Below, piece after piece: positions 9,726 through 20,557 of a stretch of DNA of 64,000 nt. Under the pieces are notes generated by a model. The model had not been told where the DNA came from, searched no databases, and saw nothing but the letters and a program-made list of their open reading frames with translations. Positions within the stretch are counted from its first letter, which is position 1, and every line of letters starts with the position of its first letter. The DNA is taken from the NCBI GenBank assembly GCA_964624065.1, contig CAZUWF010000007.1, positions 14,134 to 78,133 of the forward strand, read 5' to 3'. Made by a program: the position numbers and the translations under genes. Source of the stretch: an uncultured Bacteroidales bacterium (GTDB lineage: Bacteria; Bacteroidota; Bacteroidia; Bacteroidales; UBA7960).

Positions 9726-10976
9726 TTATTCCAACGTGTGAATCACCAGGCCACTCCTTAATTTCGGTTCGAACCAAGTGGTTTTTGGGGGCATTATATT
9801 TCCGGTATCGGCTATGTCGAGCAGTTGCTCCATACTAACGGGATATAGAGCAAAAGCAACCCGCATCTCGCCACTGTCAACCCTCTTCTTAAGTTCGCCA
9901 AGACCCCTTATACCACCAACAAAGTCAATACGCTTGCTGGTACGAAGGTTTTCAATTCCTAGAATTTGGTCAAGCACGTATTTTGAAAGCACGTTAACGT
10001 CAAGCACTTCCAGTGGGTCATTATCGTTGTAGGTACCCTGGCGGGCAATTAGTTGATACCACCTTCCGTCGAGGTACATGCTAAACTCGTGCAGCTTGGA
10101 AGGCTTGAATTCCCGGAGGCCAATCTCGTTTACAACCATGTATTTGCCCAGGCTGGCAAGAAACTCTTCTTTGGTGAGTCCGTTGAGATCTTTTACCACC
10201 CTGTTATAATCCATAATTTTCAACTGGTCGTCGGGGAAGTTTACAGCCATGAAAAAGTTGTATTCCTCGTTACCTGTGTGATTTGGGTTTTTCGCTGCCA
10301 TTTCACGGCCAATACGGCTTGCAGCAGCGGTTCGATGGTGGCCATCGGCCACGTACAGGTACTTTACTTGGGTTGAAAAAATCTCTTCGATCCTCTTGTT
10401 GGTACCTGCATCGTCAATGGTCCAGAAATGGTGTCCGAAGCCATCGTCGGCCACGAAATCGTAAATGGCGGCTTGGTTTTTCACAATTCCATCTACAATC
10501 AGATCTATTTCTGGTACCGCCCTGTAGGAAAAGAATACGGGTTCAATGTTGGCATTGGTGTAACGCGTAAGAATCATCCGATCTTCTTCCTTGTCGGGAC
10601 GAGTAAGTTCGTGTTTTTTAATAATTTCATTGAAATAATCCTCGCTGCAAGCGCACCCAACTATACCGTACTGGGTAGTTCCATTCATTGTTTGAGCGTA
10701 TATGTAAAACTTACATTCCGTATCGGGCACCAACCAACCATTTCCTTGCATTTTCTTGAAGTTTTCCATCGCTTTGAGATAAACCGCTTCGCTATGAATG
10801 TCAGTAGCGGGCGGGCAATCTATTTCGGCACGTGTAACATAAAGCAAGGATTCAGGCTTGCCTGCTGCCATTTGGGCCGCTTCGGCACTGTTCATAACAT
10901 CGTAAGGAAGGCACGAAACATTTTCGACGATATCTTTGGGGGGCCTTAACCCCTTGAAAGGTTTGAAAATTGCCAT
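9726..10976 (-). CDS. DUF1015 domain-containing protein
   Basis: 416 aa. The N-terminus MAIFKPFKGLRPP and the internal ADGHHR motif are typical of DUF1015. It lies downstream of serC-serA, as is common in Bacteroidota. Confidence 0.85.
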   Translation of the reverse strand: MAIFKPFKGLRPPKDIVENVSCLPYDVMNSAEAAQMAAGKPESLLYVTRAEIDCPPATDIHSEAVYLKAMENFKKMQGNGWLVPDTECKFYIYAQTMNGTTQYGIVGCACSEDYFNEIIKKHELTRPDKEEDRMILTRYTNANIEPVFFSYRAVPEIDLIVDGIVKNQAAIYDFVADDGFGHHFWTIDDAGTNKRIEEIFSTQVKYLYVADGHHRTAAASRIGREMAAKNPNHTGNEEYNFFMAVNFPDDQLKIMDYNRVVKDLNGLTKEEFLASLGKYMVVNEIGLREFKPSKLHEFSMYLDGRWYQLIARQGTYNDNDPLEVLDVNVLSKYVLDQILGIENLRTSKRIDFVGGIRGLGELKKRVDSGEMRVAFALYPVSMEQLLDIADTGNIMPPKTTWFEPKLRSGLVIHTLE

Positions 10977-11186
10977 TTTTTGAAATTAGAAGTTAAATAT
11001 GGAAATTTGCTTGTGGGTTTGAGTGTTTCAGGAGAATTGGTAAAAGGTTGGATGCTTGGAGGTTTACTTTAGGGAGGTTATCCATTTATGGGGTACAAAA
11101 TAACTACGGGGTTTAACTAATCCCAAAGCTCCGAAAGCCTGTCAGCACATACTCTCATCATCAAATCATCAATTCTCCTTTCATAC

Positions 11187-12107
11187 CTAGTTAACTTGAA
11201 AAGTATTGTCGCCATTTTCGAAGAAAGCAACGATTTGGTTGGCGGCCGCAATACCGGCGTTTATGTTTGCCTCTGCTGTTTGAGCACCCATTTTCTTTGC
11301 GGTAAACACTATCCTTCCGGGAAATTTTTCTTCGAAGGCAGCCCTGTTATCGGGTGCAACATCTGAAACGTATTTCAAGTCCGGTCGTTCTTCCATTAGC
11401 TTCATAAGTCCGTCCTCGTCAATTACCTCCTTGCGCGCGGTATTTACCAACATTCCGTTTTTGGGAAGCAGTTTTGCCAAATCATAATTAATCGATTTCT
11501 TGGTTTTGTCGTTTGCTGGTATGTTCAACGAAATGTACTGGCACCTGGTGTATAGTTCTTCCACTGTTTCGATTGCCCCCACCCCATCTTTTTCAATGTC
11601 TTCCTTTTTTACAAAGGGGTCATAGGCATAAACCTCCATACCGAACCCTTTGGCTACCAATGCAACGTAACGACCTACATTCCCGTAGGCGTGAATTCCT
11701 ATTTTCTTGCCGCGAAGTTCGGTGCCTGATGCTCCAGAAAAAGCTCCACGAATACAATATAGCATAAGGCCAAAAGCCAATTCTGCAACGGCATTGGAGT
11801 TTTGCCCGGGTGTGTTCATTGCCACCACTCCCTTTTCGGTGCAAGCAGGAAGGTCAATATTATCGTAACCAGCTCCTGCCCTAACAATTATTTTTAGATT
11901 TGAAGCGGCTCCAATAATTTCGCGAGAAGCAATATCACTTCTGATAATCATTGCGTCAACATTTGCAACTGCTTCTTTAAGTTGGCTAACTTCGGTGTAC
12001 TTTTCAAGGAGGACAAGTTCATACCCTGCCCTTTCAACCACTTTGCGGATGCCCTCAACGGCAACTGCTGCAAAGGGTTTATCGGTTGCAACTAAAACTT
12101 TTTTCAT
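11187..12107 (-). CDS. serA: D-3-phosphoglycerate dehydrogenase / D-isomer 2-hydroxyacid dehydrogenase (short form)
   Basis: Has the NAD-binding motif IGIHAYGNVGRYVA and the D-2-hydroxyacid dehydrogenase layout. It is immediately downstream of serC. Confidence 0.85.
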   Translation of the reverse strand: MKKVLVATDKPFAAVAVEGIRKVVERAGYELVLLEKYTEVSQLKEAVANVDAMIIRSDIASREIIGAASNLKIIVRAGAGYDNIDLPACTEKGVVAMNTPGQNSNAVAELAFGLMLYCIRGAFSGASGTELRGKKIGIHAYGNVGRYVALVAKGFGMEVYAYDPFVKKEDIEKDGVGAIETVEELYTRCQYISLNIPANDKTKKSINYDLAKLLPKNGMLVNTARKEVIDEDGLMKLMEERPDLKYVSDVAPDNRAAFEEKFPGRIVFTAKKMGAQTAEANINAGIAAANQIVAFFENGDNTFQVN

Positions 12108-12198
12108 TGCTCTATATTTTTTTAATTTACAGGGTAACCCAAGACCTTAGCCTGCAAGTTACCCTGCCCTGTTATGAGGGAAAAAGTTTATTAAAAAT

Positions 12199-13275
12199 TT
12201 ATTTCTTATAATGAATTCTTTCGAACTCTTGCATTGCTTCCACTAGTGCAACCACGCTTTCGCGTTCTAGCGCGTTGTAGGTTGAGGCCCTGAAACCACC
12301 CACAGACCTGTGACCCTTAAGCCCGCTCATACCCAGCTTGCCTGTGAATGAAAGGAACTCGGCAGTAAGTTCTTCGTATTCTGGTTTTAAAACGAAGCAG
12401 ATGTTCATTAAAGACCTGCTTTCCTTTTCGGCGGTACCAACAAACATAGGGTTGCGGTCAATCTCGTCGTAAAGCAACTTAGCCTTGTCTTGATTCATTT
12501 TTTGCATCACCTCCACACCACCCAGTTTTTTTAGCCAGCGCAAGGTTTCCATACAGGTGTATATTGGCAAGCACGGTGGAGTGTTGAACATCGAACCTTC
12601 ATTGATATGGGTGCGATAATCCAGCATGGTAGGAATATGCCTTTCCACCTTCCCTAAAATATCCTCGCGGATTATTACAAAAGTAACCCCGGCCGGCCCA
12701 AGGTTCTTTTGGGCACCACCATAAATCATTGCATACTTTGACACATCCATCGGGCGGCTGAAAATATCAGAAGATGCGTCGGCGATTAACGGCACGGGAC
12801 TGTCGAAATCTTCGAAAATTTCGGTTCCGTATATGGTGTTGTTTGTTGTAACGTGGAAGTAGTCGGCATCGGCAGGAATTGTCCAACCTTTTGGTATGTA
12901 AGAGAAGTTCTTGTCGGAGGAAGAAGCCACCACTTGAACCTCACCAAAACCCTTTGCTTCCTTGATTGCCTTTTTGGCCCAGACGCCAGTTTCGAGATAG
13001 GCGGCCTTTTTTCCCAAGAGGTTGAAAGGAATCATACAAAACTGCAGGCTAGCGCCGCCTCCCAAAAACAAAACGTGATAATTTTCGGGAATATTCAATA
13101 CCTCCTTGAACAAAGCCACGGCTTCGTCTATAACTGCCTGAAAATCCTTACCCCTATGAGAAATTTCGAGGATTGACAGGCCAATGCCATTTAAGTCTAA
13201 AACCGCCTTAGCAGTATTTTCGATTACCTCGCGGGCCAGCACCGAAGGCCCAGCGCTAAAATTGTGTTTTTTCAT
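12199..13275 (-). CDS. serC: Phosphoserine aminotransferase
   Basis: 358 aa with the N-terminus [13 protein letters not shown] and class-V aminotransferase features. Confidence 0.93.
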   Translation of the reverse strand: MKKHNFSAGPSVLAREVIENTAKAVLDLNGIGLSILEISHRGKDFQAVIDEAVALFKEVLNIPENYHVLFLGGGASLQFCMIPFNLLGKKAAYLETGVWAKKAIKEAKGFGEVQVVASSSDKNFSYIPKGWTIPADADYFHVTTNNTIYGTEIFEDFDSPVPLIADASSDIFSRPMDVSKYAMIYGGAQKNLGPAGVTFVIIREDILGKVERHIPTMLDYRTHINEGSMFNTPPCLPIYTCMETLRWLKKLGGVEVMQKMNQDKAKLLYDEIDRNPMFVGTAEKESRSLMNICFVLKPEYEELTAEFLSFTGKLGMSGLKGHRSVGGFRASTYNALERESVVALVEAMQEFERIHYKK

Positions 13276-13400
13276 TTTATGGTGATTTTTGGGAAACTGA
13301 AATTTGCAACAAAATTCCTAAATATAAACCATATAGCCAAACAAAAGGCAAAATTATTTTGGTTCTAAATAAGGTTTGCAATATGGTACATTATGTCAAA

Positions 13401-14357
13401 TTATTGGCGTCTTAATGGTCTTAATGATGGGTCAAGATTTACTCTTACATCAATATCCGGAACGTATCGCCAAAAACCTTGGTGAAATTCCATCCCATCA
13501 AAAACATTCACCTCTGGCACATAGTGTTCGTACCTTCCGGCCATACTCTTGTGGGTAGGCACAAGCCTATCAAAAACAATCGCCGGCACCACCTCATTTC
13601 TTGATTTTGAATAACTTGGTTCAAAATCCAAACTCATGCTCACCTGCCTTGAGTACTCAAAAACCACTCGAAAAGGCCTGTGTTCCCCAATTTCAAAAAC
13701 CCGGTCGCCAAATGCTGGGCCGTCTTGGGTAATAATTAGCGGTTCAATTATCCTTTTGCGAGTTAGGGGATTGTCAGCCTTCCAACCCAAAAGTACATAA
13801 TTATCAAGATTAAGGTGTTGGACCCTAATTAGCTTGTAATAGTATGCCCCATACCAATCCTGTGGGTCAAGGCGACGCTGCAAACGAGCATCAACCTGTT
13901 GAGACCTGTCGTTGAGCCCAACTAGCTTGGACCTTCGCCCAGCAGTTGAAGGGGTTTGAAAGAAGCCGTGAAATACAGCGGTGCCGTCAAAAAGTGGAAC
14001 GTACCAAGTGACAATTCTGAACCTGCGAGAATCATCGTAAAGAACCGAAATATTAATTACCGAGTTTAGGTCATTGGCAAACATTGAATCACCTAGTAAG
14101 GTATTCTCCAATAGTTCGGAAAAAATGGCATTGCGCAAAATTCTCTCCTGATTGGTGGTTGCTCCGATTGTTTCCTTGGCAAGGTTGAGTAGAAAAGTAT
14201 TAACCGAATCTATTTCAGACTTGAAATTGGGATTCTGGGCTCCTGGGGCAACTGTGTTTTGATATTCAGCACCACCTTGTGCAGGTAATTTTTTAGGCGA
14301 TGAAGCTACCATCAAAAAACCAACAATGGATAGTAAAACTATGAAACTATTTTTCAT
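13401..14357 (-). CDS. Hypothetical secreted protein
   Basis: The ATG at 14357 gives a signal-peptide-like N-terminus, MKNSFIVLLSIVGFLMVASS. I recognise no family. The track start at 14495 would overlap the divergent gene. Confidence 0.55.
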   Translation of the reverse strand: MKNSFIVLLSIVGFLMVASSPKKLPAQGGAEYQNTVAPGAQNPNFKSEIDSVNTFLLNLAKETIGATTNQERILRNAIFSELLENTLLGDSMFANDLNSVINISVLYDDSRRFRIVTWYVPLFDGTAVFHGFFQTPSTAGRRSKLVGLNDRSQQVDARLQRRLDPQDWYGAYYYKLIRVQHLNLDNYVLLGWKADNPLTRKRIIEPLIITQDGPAFGDRVFEIGEHRPFRVVFEYSRQVSMSLDFEPSYSKSRNEVVPAIVFDRLVPTHKSMAGRYEHYVPEVNVFDGMEFHQGFWRYVPDIDVRVNLDPSLRPLRRQ

Positions 14358-14428
14358 ACAATTCCCGAATCTATACTTGCTTGAGTTGCAACAGTGAAAA
14401 AGCTTTAATTTCGCATTATAATTGCAAA

Positions 14429-15538
14429 ATGTTTTCCCTGCCAAAACTACAAAAAATGTGCCTAACGATAAAACAGCGCAATGATGCCTTTGCAAAACTT
14501 GGGAGGGAGCTAAGCCGGGTTGCCTTGGAATTGGGTTCTAGCGGCCCAAAGGGTAATATTGAACCTGGCGCCACAAAAGGGTTGCTTGAAAAAGCCAGGG
14601 TGGCATATACAGAAAACCAGTGGTTTACGCCAGAAAACGTGGGTTTTTCATTGTGTTCGATTTCGCATATGCTCGATCAAAGCAACTTGGAGAAGTGGCT
14701 GTCAGGGTATGCTCAAATACCAAACAAAACAAGCGAGGAGCGGCACGTAATTGGGGTTGTTATGGCCGGAAACCTACCACTGGTAGGGTTTCACGATTTT
14801 TTGTGCGTGCTAGTGGCAGGTTACTGTTTTGTTGGAAAGCTTTCGAGCAAAGACGCGGGCCTAACTAAGGCCATTGCATCAATCCTTATTGAAATAGAGC
14901 CAAATTTTAAAGACAAGATTAGTTTTGTACCCGAGCTCCCGCCACATTGCTATGCCGTAATTGCAACCGGAAGCGACAATTCGGCAAGGTACTTCGAGCA
15001 CGCTTTTGGCAGCAAACCACACCTGTTTCGCAAGAATCGAAACTCCGTGGCAATACTTTCTGGCCGAGAAACCTGCCAAGATTTGGAACTCTTGGGAAAC
15101 GACGTTTTCAGTTACTTCGGGCTGGGATGCCGGAGCGTTTCAAAACTATACGTGCCAAATGGCTACAATCTGAATTCTTTGAAGAAGAATTGGAAAAATT
15201 ACTCTTTCCTTGCCAGCCACAATGGTTACTCCAACAATTTGATCTACAACAAAGCCTTGTTGAAAGTGGCTGAAATTCCACACGTCGATTTCGGCTTCTG
15301 CACCCTCAAATATGATTTTGATCTAGCGTCACCCATCTCCGTCATTAACATCGAAGAATACGAAACCATTGACCTTTGCCAAAAAGGACTGAAAGCTCAA
15401 GAAGAAAAACTACAATGCATTGTAGGGAACTTCCAATCTGATTATTTTCAAGTTGTTCCATTCGGCCAAAGCCAATCGCCTAATCTTTGGGATTATGCCG
15501 ATGGGGTTGACACCATGGAGTTTTTGATAAACGTGTGA
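14429..15538 (+). CDS. LuxC-like acyl-CoA reductase family protein
   Basis: About 370 aa. The VMAGNLPLVGFHDFLCVLVAG region is typical of acyl-CoA reductase (LuxC) family proteins. The start is uncertain (14429 or 14456). Confidence 0.6.
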   Translation: MFSLPKLQKMCLTIKQRNDAFAKLGRELSRVALELGSSGPKGNIEPGATKGLLEKARVAYTENQWFTPENVGFSLCSISHMLDQSNLEKWLSGYAQIPNKTSEERHVIGVVMAGNLPLVGFHDFLCVLVAGYCFVGKLSSKDAGLTKAIASILIEIEPNFKDKISFVPELPPHCYAVIATGSDNSARYFEHAFGSKPHLFRKNRNSVAILSGRETCQDLELLGNDVFSYFGLGCRSVSKLYVPNGYNLNSLKKNWKNYSFLASHNGYSNNLIYNKALLKVAEIPHVDFGFCTLKYDFDLASPISVINIEEYETIDLCQKGLKAQEEKLQCIVGNFQSDYFQVVPFGQSQSPNLWDYADGVDTMEFLINV

Positions 15539-15678
15539 AAAATAAACTGCGAAAAATGGGTGTGCCTCACGAGTAACGCTTTCCGACATTCTCATTGCAA
15601 TGAAAACGTCCTACTAGAGCCTCCAAATTGTAAAAATCAACAATAATACCCCAACGGTAAACCATTTACCTTCAAAAA

Positions 15679-17334
15679 TCAATCCTTAATCCTTGGCCCT
15701 CGCATTTTAGCATCAAAAAAACCAGGCCTTTCCTTAATGATTCGCCTTTTGAAATCTTCGGGGTAATCTAAACCCTTGGGCCATTCTTTTATGGAATTGG
15801 TGCCACGGGTATAACCATCGTTGAACTTTACGAAGAGCTTGAATCCCAACTGTCGCCATCTTTCCACGATGGTTTCAGCCATCGAAACACTGAAGTCGGT
15901 GATATACTCTTGCATAAATTCTGGATTATCCTTTCCAAGTTGAGCCGCAGCCTTATCAACTACCGTGGTCATTGCAATGGCGCGATTTTCCAGTTCTTTC
16001 TGAGCTTCCTGAATATCGGAAATTACATGTTTGAAAATGGGATAGGCGTGGTTTGACACCTTGTTAAAAACCCAATAGGCAGAATTCCAATCGAATTCAA
16101 TTGACGAAGCAATTGACAATGAAACGGGTGATCGGGTTACTCCCATATACAATGGTATGAATACGTTTGTGTAGTTATCGTCAAGCGAATACCAGCAAAT
16201 GCCTCCTATGGAGTTTGGAAGCCAGCTTCGTGCCTGGGTAACAAAAGAGAAGGCCGTTTGTGGTTGCGATATTGGTCTATTCCATGAATACTGGACCGAT
16301 TCACCATTCTCATCAAGTTTAAAAGTCATTGGCCTGTTCATGTATGGAGTTTGGTAAGGGCCGGCTTCTATACCGCTACGAGTGTAGTAAGGTGTTTGGT
16401 CAAAATGGTCGCGAAGCAGGCCTATCATTTTATCCAATGATACTTTTTGATCGGGTTTTATGAAAAGCGGATAGGCTTCTGCCCCTTCGTGGCAGCGCCA
16501 GTAATCGGAAGAAAAGTTTTGCGAGGGAGCTATCCTCCGGTAAAAGCTCCAAACCCGACTCTCGCACAATAGCAATGACCTGCAATCAGGGGGGTTGTAT
16601 GCCTCTCTAAAGCTAAAATCTTCCTTACTACCTTGGAACCAGCCCATTTGACGGGCAAAGTCAACCACATCGTCAGCCCACAGCCAGTTTTGGCTATCGC
16701 CCCAGTTTACCTTCCTAATCCTCGATTGGTTGGCGTGGGCGGCAACGTAGCCATCTGGCACACGTGCCGCAACCCAAACTGCTCCCTTTCCATGCTTTCC
16801 CTTTCCGATGAAATCCATAATCCAGACCTCGTTTTTGTCGGCAAAGAAAAGTGTTTCGCCAGAATCGGAGTAGCCATAAGTATTGGCCAAACCCGTAAGT
16901 ATTTTTATGGCTTCGATGGCTGATGTGGCCCTTTGTAATGTGATCCAAATCAAGTTCCCGTAGTCCAAAAAACCATTTCCGCCACCAAGTTCGCTGCGGC
17001 CACCAAATGTGGTTTCGCCAATTGACACTTGATGTTCGTTCATATTTCCTACCACCTTGTAGGTGCGGGGTGCCTGGGCTATGCGGCCGAGGAACACGCC
17101 TTCGCGGAAGCTGAAAACTTCTAGCGAGTCACCTTGCTGATGCACTCCACCCTTGTAATAAGGGAGAGGAAGGGCAAACCCGGCAACGTCGTAAGTCCAG
17201 CTTGTCATTACGCTGCCATCGGTACTGGCACCTCGCGAAACCAGGAGGCTGGAACAAGCAGACACTGGACTTGGCATTAATCCCAAATTGACAAGGAGGG
17301 CAAATAGGGTGACAGTTAATTTGTGATTTCTCAT
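15679..17334 (-). CDS. C69-family dipeptidase, secreted
   Basis: A signal peptide is followed by the nucleophile Cys in SACSSLLVSRGASTDGS, the hallmark of peptidase C69. Confidence 0.85.
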   Translation of the reverse strand: MRNHKLTVTLFALLVNLGLMPSPVSACSSLLVSRGASTDGSVMTSWTYDVAGFALPLPYYKGGVHQQGDSLEVFSFREGVFLGRIAQAPRTYKVVGNMNEHQVSIGETTFGGRSELGGGNGFLDYGNLIWITLQRATSAIEAIKILTGLANTYGYSDSGETLFFADKNEVWIMDFIGKGKHGKGAVWVAARVPDGYVAAHANQSRIRKVNWGDSQNWLWADDVVDFARQMGWFQGSKEDFSFREAYNPPDCRSLLLCESRVWSFYRRIAPSQNFSSDYWRCHEGAEAYPLFIKPDQKVSLDKMIGLLRDHFDQTPYYTRSGIEAGPYQTPYMNRPMTFKLDENGESVQYSWNRPISQPQTAFSFVTQARSWLPNSIGGICWYSLDDNYTNVFIPLYMGVTRSPVSLSIASSIEFDWNSAYWVFNKVSNHAYPIFKHVISDIQEAQKELENRAIAMTTVVDKAAAQLGKDNPEFMQEYITDFSVSMAETIVERWRQLGFKLFVKFNDGYTRGTNSIKEWPKGLDYPEDFKRRIIKERPGFFDAKMRGPRIKD

Positions 17335-17614
17335 TTTTTCTTTTTTTTCGCCTTCTGGGGCTTAATTTGTGTTGTAAAACATATTATTAGCAGCCTTTGC
17401 GTTTGTTATCCAAACTACCAAAACTTAACCCCTGCCGGGCAATTTTTAATAACGTTCTGGCTTAAGGTTCTGATTTTCGGTTACTATCTTTTTCGATCCT
17501 AATATTTTAGCAGTAATTTTTTAAATGGGCGAAAATCAATTTTCAATCATCACATTTGATTTCTCATTTGAATTGATTTTCTTTCCTAAGAACCCAACGC
17601 TCATTCAAAAAGCC

Positions 17615-19249
17615 TTACAGCCCAAGAACATCACGTCCTTGCTTGAATGCAATATCAAGTGGAATTCCGCTTTGGTTTACCTTGTCAAGTGCATTTTTGA
17701 GATTTTCGCTCATCACGCCATCTTGTTCAACCCACCTTTTGGCATCTTCGTAGTTGCCATCGCCCTGAACAATCAATATTTTTTCCACCAGCGATTCAAC
17801 CGCACCGCGCATATTATCGAAATTAACAAGGTAGGTTCCGTTTTCTTGAAAAACGAACGCACCCTTATCGGCAAAGTACCTCATGGCCATCATATTGGCC
17901 TTGCCGTGAGCACTGGCTGCACCAAACCTGCAAGATCGGAAAATTCCGGCAAAAAATGTAACGTAGTTATCCATTACCTCTCCACTTGTAATTTTGCCCA
18001 TTTCGTATAGTTTGGTAACAAGGTACAAGCCCATTATGTCGGCCTTGGCCTCTTCGATGGAGCTGTAGTAATCTCGCAAAGCTTCGCGTACTGTTTGTTT
18101 GCCACCAACAACATTCTTTATTCCCATGCCGTGCGCAACTTCGTGGAACGTAACGTTTTCGAAAAACGCATCGAACTTTATGTGTTGCCTTTGGCTTTTG
18201 CAAATAAGCATATTTGAAATAGGTACCAAAATGTGGTCGAACTTTGCCTTCATTGAGTTTTTCAATTGAAGCTTGCGGCTTCCAACGCTTTTGTGGATTT
18301 CTTCGGCATTTGGAAGGTTTATTGCAATGGTCTTGGAGCCTGCGTTACAGTCGCCAGCGTAGTACAAAGCGTAGTAAACGTTAATGTCGGCATCGGTGCC
18401 GGGTTTCTCTTTCTTGTATTTTGGTGATACCGGAAGCATTTGTTGTAGATCGGGCAGCAGGGCATTGAACTTTTCAAGTTGCGCACTCCACTCCAAGTCC
18501 TTAACCAGAACGAATGCCTCGTGTGCAGCCTTAAACCCAAACAAACGGTCCTCATAGTTTTCAATTGGTCCAACAATGAAGTCAACGTTGTTGTCTTTCA
18601 TAGCTACCCATGCGTAGTCGCTGGCCATGTATTGGTCTGTTAGCAATGCCTCGGCCCGCATTTGCAGGTAGGTTTTAAGCCCTGGGTCATCGGCCAGTTG
18701 GGCAGCCTGGTTGAGTAGTCGTGCAGCCTTTTGATGTTGCTCCCTGTATGCCTTGCTGTACGGAACAGCAACCAGTTTGCCTTCATTGTTACGCCTCACG
18801 AGCGTGTACTGGTTGTTTTTTAGGGGCTCGTCCCAAGCTTCAAACTCCTCAACGGACATATCGGCAGGATAAAAGTTTGCCCCCGCAAACCTGGTACCAT
18901 ATCCTTCCACAAACGGATTAAGGCCATCTACCCTATCCCACGGACCGTAATGGATAAGGGCATACTTGCTGATGTACTTGTCGGATATTTTATCCATAAG
19001 TTGCGACTTGTTTCCGTATGACTGCATCCAGAAGATTTCGTCCATAATGTCGGCCACGTCAATAAAAATTGAAATCATTTGGCGCTCCTTGTCGCTCAGC
19101 CAGGACAAATCTGTGTTAAGTTCTACCTCGTAGAAATTCTCGACCCTTGCTTTCATATTCTCGTCGTATTTTTCTTTTTTGCTTTGGCATCCTATCATAA
19201 TATTCAAAGCAAGGCATGCTATCAAAAATTTGTTAAAAAAGCCTTTCAT
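17615..19249 (-). CDS. Zn-dependent peptidase, M49 (DPP III)-like family lipoprotein
   Basis: Has FHEVAHGMG (HExxH-type) plus a downstream IEEAKADIMG (EExxAE-like second Zn motif). The ATG at 19249 gives a lipoprotein-like signal, MKGFFNKFLIACLALNIMIGC. Confidence 0.7.
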   Translation of the reverse strand: MKGFFNKFLIACLALNIMIGCQSKKEKYDENMKARVENFYEVELNTDLSWLSDKERQMISIFIDVADIMDEIFWMQSYGNKSQLMDKISDKYISKYALIHYGPWDRVDGLNPFVEGYGTRFAGANFYPADMSVEEFEAWDEPLKNNQYTLVRRNNEGKLVAVPYSKAYREQHQKAARLLNQAAQLADDPGLKTYLQMRAEALLTDQYMASDYAWVAMKDNNVDFIVGPIENYEDRLFGFKAAHEAFVLVKDLEWSAQLEKFNALLPDLQQMLPVSPKYKKEKPGTDADINVYYALYYAGDCNAGSKTIAINLPNAEEIHKSVGSRKLQLKNSMKAKFDHILVPISNMLICKSQRQHIKFDAFFENVTFHEVAHGMGIKNVVGGKQTVREALRDYYSSIEEAKADIMGLYLVTKLYEMGKITSGEVMDNYVTFFAGIFRSCRFGAASAHGKANMMAMRYFADKGAFVFQENGTYLVNFDNMRGAVESLVEKILIVQGDGNYEDAKRWVEQDGVMSENLKNALDKVNQSGIPLDIAFKQGRDVLGL

Positions 19250-19288
19250 TTCATTTGCGTTGTTAGGTTCGAAAAATGAATTTGGTTG

Positions 19289-19296
19289 CAAAAATA
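19289..19296 (-). promoter_or_regulatory. -7 promoter box (TATTTTTG) for the M49-like peptidase gene
   Basis: A TAnnTTTG match on the minus strand, 40 nt upstream of ATG 19249. Confidence 0.4.
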
Positions 19297-19331
19297 GGAA
19301 ATAAAGAGCCAACCAAGCACAAAAAAACCAT

Positions 19332-19339
19332 TAACTTTG
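19332..19339 (+). promoter_or_regulatory. -7 promoter box (TAACTTTG) for the small membrane protein gene
   Basis: A TAnnTTTG match 23 nt upstream of ATG 19362. This argues against the GTG start at 19344. Confidence 0.4.
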
Positions 19340-19361
19340 CGGGGTGTTAAATTTCAACCAT

Positions 19362-19592
19362 ATGGAAAACCCAATCAAAAAACACAGCGTTGCCATAATT
19401 ACTTGTGGGGTGATAGCCTTAATTTTAGTGGTGCTCATTTTTCTTAACAACCAACCACTTGAGCTAAACTTGATATTTTTCAAGCTTAAAGGAAATACAT
19501 TTTTGCTGGGTTTGGTGGTTTTTATATTGGGCTTCCTTTCTGGGTGGCTGTGGAATCACATCCGAAACCTTTCGAATCAGAAAAAGGAATAG
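19362..19592 (+). CDS. Small two-TM membrane protein (LapA/DUF1049-like)
   Basis: 76 aa with two hydrophobic helices and a basic C-terminal tail. The layout resembles LapA-domain proteins. Confidence 0.45.
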   Translation: MENPIKKHSVAIITCGVIALILVVLIFLNNQPLELNLIFFKLKGNTFLLGLVVFILGFLSGWLWNHIRNLSNQKKE

Positions 19593-19644
19593 ATGGCCGG
19601 CCACAGTACGGTAAAATATTTCGAAAAATGAATATTGGCTGAAT

Positions 19645-20544
19645 ATGGTCACCTTAATACCTGCCGAGCTCGACCCTCGGCAAAGACACCAACTGCTAAT
19701 AAGTACTGTGTGCCCAAGACCAATAGCCCTTGCCAGCACCATTGACAAGGATGGGAATCCAAATCTGGCTCCTTTCAGTTTTTTCAACGCCTTTAGCAGT
19801 TCGCCGCCAATATTGGTATTTTCGCCCAATACCAAAGGGAGGGGCGGTAAGAAAAAGGATACCCTACTTAATATTGAGGAAACCGGCGAGGTGGTTATTA
19901 ACATTGTTGATCACTCAATTGCCAGGCAAATGGTAATTGCAGGTTATGATTTCGAAAAGGGTGTAAGCGAATTCCAAAAATCGGGTTTGACACCTTTGAA
20001 ATCGCAATTTATTAAACCTTTCCGGGTGATGGAAAGTCCTGTTCATTTCGAGTGCAAGGTCACAGAGGTAAAATCGTTGGGATTGGAGCCAGGTGCGGCA
20101 AACCTTGTAATATCAGAAATTCTTGCAGTGCACCTTCATCCCTCTATTCTTGACGAGAATAACCGGGTCGATCCAAACAAGCTTGACGTGGTGGGCAGGT
20201 TGGGAGGCTTTGGTTATGCCCGCATCACTCCTGAAGTGATTTTCGATATTCCGCAAGGCAAGAACCTGCCGGTTGGATTTGGCGCAATACCTGATTGCTT
20301 AGAAAAAAGCGAGCATTTCGAATTGTCGGAATTAAGTATGTTAGCCGAAGTTCCGAACCTTCCAAGTGCTAAAGAGATAGGGGCATTTACCAAGTCACCA
20401 GAATTCTTCAGAACCCTAAAAACCAAACCCACAAAACCTGACGAAATCAAGGCTTGGACTGCTGGAATAATAAAAAAATTAATCAATCAAGGGAAGGTGA
20501 AGAAGGCTTGGTTGTTCATAAAGGCATTTGAGCTACCCTTGTAA
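19645..20544 (+). CDS. Flavin reductase-like (FMN-binding split-barrel) protein with a C-terminal extension
   Basis: RPIALASTIDKDGNPNLAPFSFFNAFSSSPPILVFS is typical of the flavin reductase-like domain. About 90 extra C-terminal residues are unassigned. Confidence 0.75.
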   Translation: MVTLIPAELDPRQRHQLLISTVCPRPIALASTIDKDGNPNLAPFSFFNAFSSSPPILVFSPNTKGRGGKKKDTLLNIEETGEVVINIVDHSIARQMVIAGYDFEKGVSEFQKSGLTPLKSQFIKPFRVMESPVHFECKVTEVKSLGLEPGAANLVISEILAVHLHPSILDENNRVDPNKLDVVGRLGGFGYARITPEVIFDIPQGKNLPVGFGAIPDCLEKSEHFELSELSMLAEVPNLPSAKEIGAFTKSPEFFRTLKTKPTKPDEIKAWTAGIIKKLINQGKVKKAWLFIKAFELPL

Positions 20545-20557
20545 GCCCAAAATTAAT

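Noticed and set aside
10428-10949. 173-aa plus-strand ORF (and neighbours at 10053-10570) opposite the DUF1015 gene
   Set aside because: These are antisense shadow ORFs within a well-supported CDS, with no recognisable motifs.
17525-18010. 161-aa plus-strand ORF overlapping the 3' end of the M49-like peptidase gene
   Set aside because: Most of it is antisense to a conserved CDS, and the remainder is an AT-rich intergenic sequence. It has no motifs.
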